In this document: piece by piece, positions 1 through 8,453 of the stretch | How the letters are laid out: the number at the start of each line of letters is the position of its first letter | Position numbering within the stretch: the first letter of the stretch is position 1 | Assembly: GCA_003135555.1 (NCBI GenBank) | Contig: PLCF01000071.1 | Coordinates: 1 to 11,287, forward strand | DNA: 11,287 nt | Origin: Vulcanimicrobiota bacterium | Lineage (GTDB): Bacteria; Vulcanimicrobiota; Vulcanimicrobiia; Vulcanimicrobiales; Vulcanimicrobiaceae | Reading direction: 5' to 3' | The notes under the pieces: model-generated | Seen by the model: the letters and a program-made list of their open reading frames with translations, nothing else | Database searches by the model: none | What the model was told of the DNA's origin: nothing | Position numbers and translations under genes: made by a program

Positions 1-1503
<1,503 letters not shown>

Positions 1504-1532
1504 AACGCGCGGGATCGAGCGTGCCGCCCCGC

Positions 1533-1538
1533 TAAGTT
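1533..1538 (+). promoter_or_regulatory. Possible -10 element (TAAGTT) for a leaderless transcript starting at the thioesterase ATG
   Basis: TAnnnT-type hexamer in very GC-rich DNA, ending 6 nt before ATG 1545, with no Shine-Dalgarno in between. No recognisable -35. Confidence 0.35.
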
Positions 1539-1544
1539 CCTTGC

Positions 1545-2039
1545 ATGATGCAAGTGACTCGCGAACTGGTCGTCCGTTGGGAGGACCCCCTGCCCGGTGC
1601 CCAGACGCTGCGGACGTTGTCGGGGATCGAGGCGATACGCGCCGTCCGCGACGGGCGCGTCCCCGCGCCGCCGATCGCGATGTTGATGGGCTTCACCATC
1701 GCGGAGGTCGATGAAGGTCGCGTCGTCTTCGAAGGAACGCCCGGCGAGCAGCACTACAACCCGAACGGCGCCGTGCACGGCGGCTTTGCGCTGACGTTGT
1801 TCGACTCGGCGCTGGGGTGCGCCATCCACACCGCGCTGCCGGTCGGAGTCGGGTTCACCACCACCGACGTGCAGGTTCGCTTCATCCGTGGGATGACCAA
1901 GGACACCGGGCCGGTGCGCTGCGAGGCCACCGTCGTCCACCTCGGGCGCTCGACGGCGGTCGCTGAGGGCAAACTCCGCGACGGTACCGGCCGGGTGCTG
2001 GCGACCGGCACCACCGCCTGCGCGATACTGCGCCCGTAG
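1545..2039 (+). CDS. PaaI family thioesterase (hotdog fold)
   Basis: 164 aa with the PaaI signature HYNPNGAVHGGFALTLFDSALGCA, followed by TTDVQVRFIR and VVHLGRSTAVAEG strands. Host-like codon usage. Start is ATG 1545 or 1548. Confidence 0.9.
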   Translation: MMQVTRELVVRWEDPLPGAQTLRTLSGIEAIRAVRDGRVPAPPIAMLMGFTIAEVDEGRVVFEGTPGEQHYNPNGAVHGGFALTLFDSALGCAIHTALPVGVGFTTTDVQVRFIRGMTKDTGPVRCEATVVHLGRSTAVAEGKLRDGTGRVLATGTTACAILRP

Positions 2040-2083
2040 GCGGCCAAAGGCGAAAGCGGTCCGCGGCGACGAACGTCCGGGCG

Positions 2084-2638
2084 ATGCAGACCGCGGTCGC
2101 CCGGCGGCGCGTGCTGATGTCGTCCGACGAGATCGATCGGGCGATCGCGCGCATAGCCCACCAGATCGTTGAGCCCGAGGACGTCCAGGACGGACTGCTC
2201 CTCATCGGCATCCGGCGGGGCGGAGAAGCCTTGGCGCGGCGCTTGGCGTCCAAGATCGCGGAGATTCGCGGCTCGCTGCCTCATCTGGGTTTCCTCAACA
2301 TCAACCTCTACCGCGACGACGACGTCGCGCGCGACTTGCCCGAATCGGAGATTCGCAGCGGGATCGCCGGGATGACCGTGGTGCTCGTGGACGACGTGCT
2401 CTACACCGGGCGCACCGTGCGCGCGGCGCTCGACGCGGTCACCGATCTCGGACGGCCGCGGGCGATTCGGCTGGCCGTCCTGATCGACCGCGGCCTGCGC
2501 GAGATCCCGATCCAAGGCGACTACGTCGGTAAAGCGATCCCGACCAGCCGCCGCGAGCATATCGACGTCGCCCTCGCCGCGCAGCGTTCCGACGCCGACG
2601 CGGTGACCGTCTCCGATGAGGACCGTGCCGCCCCGTAG
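2084..2638 (+). CDS. pyrR: PyrR, pyr operon regulator / uracil phosphoribosyltransferase family
   Basis: RAIARIAHQIVE N-terminal helix, LYRDD, PRPP-binding loop VVLVDDVLYTGRTVRAALDA and LIDRGxRExPIxxDYVGKxIPT. It lies directly upstream of pyrB. Alternative start at ATG 2117. Confidence 0.93.
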   Translation: MQTAVARRRVLMSSDEIDRAIARIAHQIVEPEDVQDGLLLIGIRRGGEALARRLASKIAEIRGSLPHLGFLNINLYRDDDVARDLPESEIRSGIAGMTVVLVDDVLYTGRTVRAALDAVTDLGRPRAIRLAVLIDRGLREIPIQGDYVGKAIPTSRREHIDVALAAQRSDADAVTVSDEDRAAP

Positions 2639-3539
2639 CCTGCTCGACGTCGATGATTTGCGACCCGGCGAGCTCGTCGGCGTCCTCGACCGAGCCGTTG
2701 CTTTCCGCGACGCCCTGCCGGCGCGCGATCTGCTCGCCGGAATCCCCGTCCTCAACCTCTTCTTCGAAGCCTCGACCCGCACCGCGACGTCGTTCACGCT
2801 GGCCGAACAGCGCGTCGGCGCCGACGTCATCACCTTCGCGCCCGGCGCGTCGAGCCTGGGCAAGGGTGAGACGATCGCCGACACCGCGCTCACGCTGCAC
2901 GGGATCGGCGTGCGCGTGATCGTGGTGCGCCATTACGAATCGGGCTTCGCGCGGCGCCTCGCCGACGCGTTCGAGGGCCACGTCGTCAACGCCGGGGACG
3001 GAACCCACGCGCACCCGACGCAGGCACTGCTCGACTTGATGACGTTGCGCCAAGAGTTCGGGCGCTTCGACGGGCTGCACGTCGCAATCGTCGGAGACAT
3101 CTTGCACTCCCGGGTCGCGCGCTCCAACATCGTCGGGATGCGCGCGCTGGGGATCGAGGTGACGCTCGTCGGCCCGCCGACGCTGCTGCCGCCCGACTTT
3201 GGCGCCGGGGAGCTGCGCATCGAGCGCGATCTCGACGCGGTGCTGCCGCACGTCGACGCGGTGATGATGCTGCGCATCCAGGGCGAACGCATCGCGTCGG
3301 GGCTGCTGCCTGCGCTCGACGACTACACGCAGCGCTACCAGCTCAACCGGTCGCGTTTGCGGGCCCTGCGCGACGCCGCGGTGATCTTGCATCCCGGTCC
3401 GTACAACCGCGGCGTCGAACTCACCGACGACGTGCTCGACGACCCGCGCTCGCGCTACGTCGCGCAGGTCCACAACGGCGTCTTCGTGCGCATGGCGGTG
3501 CTCGATCTCCTCGTCAACGGGGCACCGGTACCGGCGTGA
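2616..3539 (+). CDS. pyrB: Aspartate carbamoyltransferase catalytic subunit
   Basis: Carbamoyl-phosphate motif FFEASTRT, SSLGKGET, VVNAGDGTHAHPTQALLD, VGDILHSRVARSN, MLRIQGER, HPGPYNRGVE and QVHNGVFVRMAVL. Overlaps pyrR by 23 nt. Confidence 0.97.
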   Translation: MRTVPPRSLLDVDDLRPGELVGVLDRAVAFRDALPARDLLAGIPVLNLFFEASTRTATSFTLAEQRVGADVITFAPGASSLGKGETIADTALTLHGIGVRVIVVRHYESGFARRLADAFEGHVVNAGDGTHAHPTQALLDLMTLRQEFGRFDGLHVAIVGDILHSRVARSNIVGMRALGIEVTLVGPPTLLPPDFGAGELRIERDLDAVLPHVDAVMMLRIQGERIASGLLPALDDYTQRYQLNRSRLRALRDAAVILHPGPYNRGVELTDDVLDDPRSRYVAQVHNGVFVRMAVLDLLVNGAPVPA

Positions 3540-4831
3540 AGACACTAATCAGAGGCGGCCGGCTCGTCGATCCGGTGGCTGGGATCGATGCGAACCTCGA
3601 CGTGCTCGTCGAGAACGGCTTCGTCGGCCGGATCGGCGAGCACATCGAGCCGGACGGTGCCCGCGTCGTCGACGCGAGCGGCTGCATCGTCGCGCCTGGT
3701 TTCATCGACATGCACGTCCACCTGCGCGAGCCGGGACAGACGCACAAGGAGACGATCGCGACCGGAACCGCCGCGGCGGTCGCGGGCGGCTTCACCGCGG
3801 TGGCCTGCATGCCCAACACCGAGCCGGCCTTGGACTCAGCCGCGATCGTGAGCGAAGTCATGCGCCGTGCCGACGCCGCCGGACTGGCGCGCGTGTACCC
3901 GGTCGGCGCGATCACCCGCGGCCGCGCGGGAACCGAGCTGGCGCCGTACCATCTGCTGGCCCAGGCCGGTTGCGTCGCTTTCAGCGACGACGGCTCGACC
4001 CCGCGCGACGCCCGTGTCCTGCGCAACGCGGCGCGCTACGCGTCCGATCTGAGCTGCGCGTTCATCTCGCACTGCGAAGACCCTGACCTCAAGGGCGACG
4101 CGGTGATGAACGAGGGTGCGGCGTCGATGCGGCTGGGCTTGGCCGGATCGCCGGGGCTGGCCGAAGACGTCGTGGTCGCTCGGGATCTGCTCATCGCGGC
4201 GGACTGCGAAAAGGTCTGGCACATCGCGCACGTCACGACCGCGACCTCGCTCGATCTGATCCGCTGGGCTCGTACCCGCGGCGTGCGCGTCAGCTGTGAG
4301 GTCACCCCGCACCACTTGGTCTTCCTCGACGACCGCTTCGACGACTATCGCGCGGAATCCAAGGTCAACCCGCCGCTGCGCGGTGCGCACGATCGCGACG
4401 CGCTGCGGGCCGCCGTGCTCGACGGCACGGTCGACGCGCTGGCTACCGATCATGCACCGCACGGGCTCGACGAGAAGGCGCAGCTGCTCTCGGCGGCGCC
4501 GGTCGGCTTTGGCGGGCTCGAGATCGCCATCGGTGCGTACGCGTTCGCGCTGCCGCAGCTCGCGCCGGCGCGCTTCGTCGAGCTGCTCTCGGTGAACCCG
4601 GCGCGGATCCTCGGCGTCCCCGGCGGAACGCTCGGCGTGGGCAGCCCGGGCGACGTCTCGGTGTTCGCAGACCGTCCCTGGACCGTCGACGCGCGGTTGT
4701 TTCATTCAAAGGGGAAGAACACGCCGTTCGACGGCCTGACGCTGCCGCGCCGCGCGGTCGCGACGGTGGTCGACGGTGCGGTCGTGTTCGAGCACGGCCG
4801 CGTGCTGCCGCGCCAAGAAGCGGTCGCGTGA
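3536..4831 (+). CDS. pyrC: Dihydroorotase (type I, long form)
   Basis: PGFIDMHVHLREPG (HxH), AGGFTAVACMPNT, FSDDG, SHCED, HIAHV, CEVTPHHL, KVNPPLR, ATDHAPH and SKGKNTPF. GTG start overlaps the pyrB TGA (GTGA 3536-3539). Confidence 0.96.
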   Translation: MKTLIRGGRLVDPVAGIDANLDVLVENGFVGRIGEHIEPDGARVVDASGCIVAPGFIDMHVHLREPGQTHKETIATGTAAAVAGGFTAVACMPNTEPALDSAAIVSEVMRRADAAGLARVYPVGAITRGRAGTELAPYHLLAQAGCVAFSDDGSTPRDARVLRNAARYASDLSCAFISHCEDPDLKGDAVMNEGAASMRLGLAGSPGLAEDVVVARDLLIAADCEKVWHIAHVTTATSLDLIRWARTRGVRVSCEVTPHHLVFLDDRFDDYRAESKVNPPLRGAHDRDALRAAVLDGTVDALATDHAPHGLDEKAQLLSAAPVGFGGLEIAIGAYAFALPQLAPARFVELLSVNPARILGVPGGTLGVGSPGDVSVFADRPWTVDARLFHSKGKNTPFDGLTLPRRAVATVVDGAVVFEHGRVLPRQEAVA

Positions 4832-4838
4832 GGGGCTC

Positions 4839-5918
4839 GTGAACCGCGCGACGTTACTGCTCGCCGACGGCACGCGGTTCGACGGCGAAGGCCTGGGCGC
4901 GACGGGCGTCGCGCTGGGTGAGGCCGTGTTCTATACCGGCATGACCGGCTATGAAGAGGCGCTCACCGATCCGTCGTACGCGGGGCAGATTCTGACCTTC
5001 ACCTATCCGCTCATCGGCAACTACGGTGTCAGCGGGACCGTCGCGCAGCATCCGCACGCGTGCGTCGCGGGAGCCGTCGTCAAGACGCTCTCGCGCCACC
5101 CCTCGCACTACGCCTGCGTGCAAGACCTCGGGTCGTGGCTCGACGAGCAGGGCGTGCGCACGATCCTCGGGGTCGACACGCGCGCGCTCACGATCGCGCT
5201 GCGCGAGCACGGCACGATCGCGGCGGGGTTGGCGGTGGGCGACGCCGCGATCGCGCAGCTGGACGCGACCCTCGCGCGCTACGTCGGCGAGGCGACCACC
5301 CAGGGGCTGGTGGCTTCGGTCGCCGATGCCTACACGTGGGGCGAGACGATCGGCACCGGGCGCGTGCACGTCGTCCTGCTCGACTGCGGGGTGAAGAAGA
5401 ACATCATCCGCGACCTCACGGCGCTCGACGCGCGGGTGACGGTGTTGCCCTACGGCTCGACGAGCGATGCGATCTTGGCGCACGACCCCGACGCGATCGT
5501 CGTATCGCCCGGCCCGGGCGATCCGCGCGATCTCGCCGGCACGGTCGAGACGCTGCGCGAGCTCATCGGGCGCAAGCCGGTATTCGGCGTGTGTCTGGGC
5601 CACCAGCTGCTCGCGCTGGCGTGCGGCGCGCAGACCTACAAGCTCCCGTACGGACACCGCGGGGGCAACCAGCCGGTCAAAGACATTCTGCGCGACGAAG
5701 TGCTCGTCACCGCGCACAATCACGGCTACGCGGTCGACGGCGACACGCTCCCCGCCGACCTCGAGGCGACGATGATCAACCTCAACGACGGGACCAACGA
5801 AGGCTTCCGGCACCGTTCGTTGCCGGTGGAGGCGGTGCAGTTCCACCCCGAGGCGTCGCCGGGCCCATTCGACGCGCGCAACCTCTTCGCGCGATGGCTC
5901 GAACGCGTCGACGCCTAG
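4839..5918 (+). CDS. carA: Carbamoyl-phosphate synthase small (glutaminase) subunit
   Basis: LLLADGTRFDG, GEAVFYTGMTGYEEALTDPSYAGQILTFTYPLIGNYG, GVDTRALT, PGPGDP, catalytic GVCLGHQ, GHRGGNQPV, NHGYAV and QFHPEASPGP. Start placed at GTG 4839, preceded by SD-like GAGGGG (4830-4835), rather than the track's 4776. Confidence 0.96.
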   Translation: MNRATLLLADGTRFDGEGLGATGVALGEAVFYTGMTGYEEALTDPSYAGQILTFTYPLIGNYGVSGTVAQHPHACVAGAVVKTLSRHPSHYACVQDLGSWLDEQGVRTILGVDTRALTIALREHGTIAAGLAVGDAAIAQLDATLARYVGEATTQGLVASVADAYTWGETIGTGRVHVVLLDCGVKKNIIRDLTALDARVTVLPYGSTSDAILAHDPDAIVVSPGPGDPRDLAGTVETLRELIGRKPVFGVCLGHQLLALACGAQTYKLPYGHRGGNQPVKDILRDEVLVTAHNHGYAVDGDTLPADLEATMINLNDGTNEGFRHRSLPVEAVQFHPEASPGPFDARNLFARWLERVDA

Positions 5919-6754
5919 CGCTCGCGATGGCGGTTGCGGCGAGTCTCACGCTTGCGGCGCCGGCGGACGCGCTGCGCCGGCTGCACGTCGACGCGCTCTC
6001 GATGCGGGCCGACCGCAATCACGTCGCGATCGGCGAGGTGTTCCATCTCGCGATTCGGGCGCGGCTGCGCGAAGACGTCGCCGCGCTCGACGAGCTGGTC
6101 GTCCCCGACGTCGGGACGCTGCAGCTCGAAGGCGACGAACGGCACGTCACCCGGTCGCCCGCAGGGACCGACGTGGTCGAGACCCTGACCCTCGAAGCGA
6201 CCGCGCGCGGACGCTATACGATCCGCGGCGCGTACGTGGACGCGATCGACGCGCGGACCGGCAAGCCCACGCGGTTCTCGGCGGATGCCGTCACGATCGT
6301 CGTCGACAATCCGGGCCTCGCGTCCGCGGTCACCGCGGGACAGATCGTGCGCGCGCTGCTGATCGCCGGCCCGCTGGTCCTCGTGGTGCTCGGCGCGATC
6401 GTCGGGCTGATGACCCTGGCGCGAGCGCGCCGCCGGCGTGAAGCTCCGGCGGTGGAAGCGATCCCGGTCGTTCCCGTCGCACCGGCGCGCACGGCGCGCG
6501 ACGAGGTGGCCGAGGCGCTGCGCGCGTTCCGGCGCACGCCCGAGACGGCGGCGTTGTTGCGGTTGCGCGCGGCCCTGTTCGCAGCAGCCGGCGCGAAACC
6601 CGGAGCTACGCTTCGCGACGCCGTACGCAGCGGTGCCGACGAGCGGCTGCGCCCGGCGCTGATCGCCGCGGAGCGAGCAGCGTTCGGGCCGGCATCCGGG
6701 CGCGATGCCGCCGCCGCAGCGCTGGCCCGCGCCGCCGAGGCCTGGTTGTCGTGA
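5894..6754 (+). CDS. BatD-like exported, membrane-anchored protein
   Basis: C-terminal part of track ORF 5060..6754. From ATG 5894 it reads MARTRRRLALAMAVAASLTLAAPADA, a signal peptide with basic n-region, hydrophobic h-region and AxA site. A beta-rich region follows (DRNHVAIGEVFHLAI...LEATARGRYTI), then a TM helix (LLIAGPLVLVVLGAIVGLMTLA) with a basic stop-transfer and a helical tail. The moxR/DUF58/vWA context fits BatD-like proteins. Alternative start ATG 5927. Confidence 0.68.
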   Translation: MARTRRRLALAMAVAASLTLAAPADALRRLHVDALSMRADRNHVAIGEVFHLAIRARLREDVAALDELVVPDVGTLQLEGDERHVTRSPAGTDVVETLTLEATARGRYTIRGAYVDAIDARTGKPTRFSADAVTIVVDNPGLASAVTAGQIVRALLIAGPLVLVVLGAIVGLMTLARARRRREAPAVEAIPVVPVAPARTARDEVAEALRAFRRTPETAALLRLRAALFAAAGAKPGATLRDAVRSGADERLRPALIAAERAAFGPASGRDAAAAALARAAEAWLS

Positions 6755-7668
6755 ACCGGCCACGCGACGTCCTCGACGCGCTGCGCGCGACGATCGTCGG
6801 CCAAGACGATGTCGTCGACGGCCTCGTGCTCGCGTTGATCGCCGGCGGACATCTGTTGCTCGAGGGCGCACCGGGCGTCGCCAAGACGCTCGCCTGCCGA
6901 GCGCTCGCGGCCGCGGTCGGCGGCGTCTTCCGGCGCGTGCAGTTCACGCCCGATCTGCTGCCGTCCGACATCGTGGGCACGCGCATCTTCGACCAGAAGA
7001 GCGCCGAGTTCACCACCGTGCTCGGCCCGCTGTTCGCCAACGTCGTGCTTGCCGACGAGATCAATCGCGCCCCGGCCAAAGTACAATCGGCGCTGCTCGA
7101 AGGGATGCAGGAGCGCCGCGCGACGATCGGCTTGCAGACCCTCGATCTGCCGGCGCCGTTCGTCGTGCTGGCCACGATGAACCCCTACGACTCCGACGGA
7201 ACCTATCCGCTCCCGCTGGCCCAGCTCGACCGGTTCCTGGCCAAAGTCGTGGTGACGTATCCGTCGCGCGACGAGGAACGCAGCATCGTCGATCGCTTCG
7301 GCGCCGGCGAGCCGCCGCTGCGGCGCGACGCGGCCACGCTCGACGACGTGCTGCGCTGGCAGCGCGAAGCACACAGCGTGTTCTTCGACGCCAAGCTGCG
7401 CGACTACGCGATCGATATCGCGCGTGCCACGCGCGGCGCCGACATGGTGGCGCACGGCGCCAGCCCCCGCGCCGCCCTGGCGCTCGTCGCGCTCGGCCGC
7501 GCGCGGGCGTACCTGGAGGACCGCGACTTCGCGACACCCGACGACGTGCGCGACATCGCGCCGGCCGTGCTCCGGCACCGCATCTCCTACGACGACCGAC
7601 TCGCGATTACGGGCGGCGACCCGGAGGACGTCGTGCGGCGCATCGTGGCTTCGGTTCCGGCGCCGTGA
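6751..7668 (+). CDS. moxR: MoxR family AAA+ ATPase (MoxR-proper type)
   Basis: GHLLLEGAPGVAKT (Walker A), RVQFTPDLLPSDIVG, VVLADEINRAPAKVQSALLE (Walker B), ATMNP..GTYPLP.AQLDRF, GASPRA and TPDDV...VLRHRI. GTG start overlaps the upstream TGA (GTGA 6751-6754). Confidence 0.95.
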   Translation: MNRPRDVLDALRATIVGQDDVVDGLVLALIAGGHLLLEGAPGVAKTLACRALAAAVGGVFRRVQFTPDLLPSDIVGTRIFDQKSAEFTTVLGPLFANVVLADEINRAPAKVQSALLEGMQERRATIGLQTLDLPAPFVVLATMNPYDSDGTYPLPLAQLDRFLAKVVVTYPSRDEERSIVDRFGAGEPPLRRDAATLDDVLRWQREAHSVFFDAKLRDYAIDIARATRGADMVAHGASPRAALALVALGRARAYLEDRDFATPDDVRDIAPAVLRHRISYDDRLAITGGDPEDVVRRIVASVPAP

Positions 7669-8453
7669 ACGCGCTGCGCGCCGCGATCTTGCGAGGTGCG
7701 CGTGCGACGCCGCGCGCGGGCAGCGCGACGCGCGGAAGCCGGCCCGGCGACGGCTTCGTCTTCTCGCAGCTGCGCGGCTACGTCGAAGGCGATGACCCGC
7801 GCCGCATAGACCACGCCGCGACCGCCCGCGCCGGGACGCTGCAGACGCGGATCTACGTCGAAGAGACGACGCTGGTTCTGGCGGCGATCGTCGACGAATC
7901 GGGATCGATGCGAGTCGGCCGGCGACGCTCGCTCGCCGCTGCGGCGGACGAAGCCCTGCGCGCGTGGTTCGGCGCGCTCGAGGGCGACGACCGGGCGGCG
8001 CGCGTGGTCGACGAGCGGATCGTCCGCGATCGCCGCGCGGCGTCTGCGGTGCGCGCGACCGGTGTTTTCCGCTTCGCTCCCGCGCTCGCGATCGCGCGGC
8101 GCGCCCTGCCGCGCGGTACGTCGCTGCTCGTTCTCACGGACGGCTTCGACCTGCCCCCGGATGAGGAGCTGATTCGCGCGGCGCTGCGTTTCGACGCGAC
8201 GGTGCTGCTCGCACGCGATCCCTGGCGTGACGATCTTCCGTTACGGGGCGTGGCGCGATTGCGTGATGCCGAGAGCGGGCGCGTGCGGCGCGTATTCGTC
8301 GGCGCGCGAGCGCGCCGGCGCTACGGCGAGCAGGCTCGCGAGCGTGAGGCGGCGTTGCACGCGCGCTTTCGCGAGGCGGGCTGGCGCACCGCAAGCCTGG
8401 ACGAGGGCGACGGCCGCGCCTCGCTGGCGCGCGCGTTCGGAATCGCGCCGTGA
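7665..8453 (+). CDS. DUF58 domain protein (vWA-like MoxR partner)
   Basis: C-terminal part of track ORF 6705..8453, with GTG start at 7665 overlapping the moxR TGA. DUF58 motif GDGFVFSQLRGYVEGDDPRRID.AATAR, MIDAS-like IVDESGSM, LVLTDG and DP...LP..G...LRDAESG. Confidence 0.88.
   Translation: MNALRAAILRGARATPRAGSATRGSRPGDGFVFSQLRGYVEGDDPRRIDHAATARAGTLQTRIYVEETTLVLAAIVDESGSMRVGRRRSLAAAADEALRAWFGALEGDDRAARVVDERIVRDRRAASAVRATGVFRFAPALAIARRALPRGTSLLVLTDGFDLPPDEELIRAALRFDATVLLARDPWRDDLPLRGVARLRDAESGRVRRVFVGARARRRYGEQAREREAALHARFREAGWRTASLDEGDGRASLARAFGIAP

Noticed and set aside
1509..1532. GCGGG...CCCGC inverted repeat after valS as a terminator
   Set aside because: Only a 5-bp stem with a 14-nt loop and no U-tract, which is chance level at this GC.
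4776..4838. Track start of carA at 4776
   Set aside because: It overlaps pyrC by 56 nt and adds non-homologous residues. GTG 4839 has an SD-like GAGGGG and matches the usual CarA N-terminus.
5060..5893. N-terminal extension of the 564-aa ORF 5060..6754
   Set aside because: It is an off-frame shadow of carA with Arg/Ala/Pro-rich nonsense composition. The real protein plausibly begins at ATG 5894 with a signal peptide.
6705..7664. N-terminal extension of the 582-aa ORF 6705..8453, which could suggest a fusion or frameshift with moxR
   Set aside because: It overlaps the intact moxR in another frame. The DUF58 part has its own GTG at 7665 in a standard GTGA overlap.
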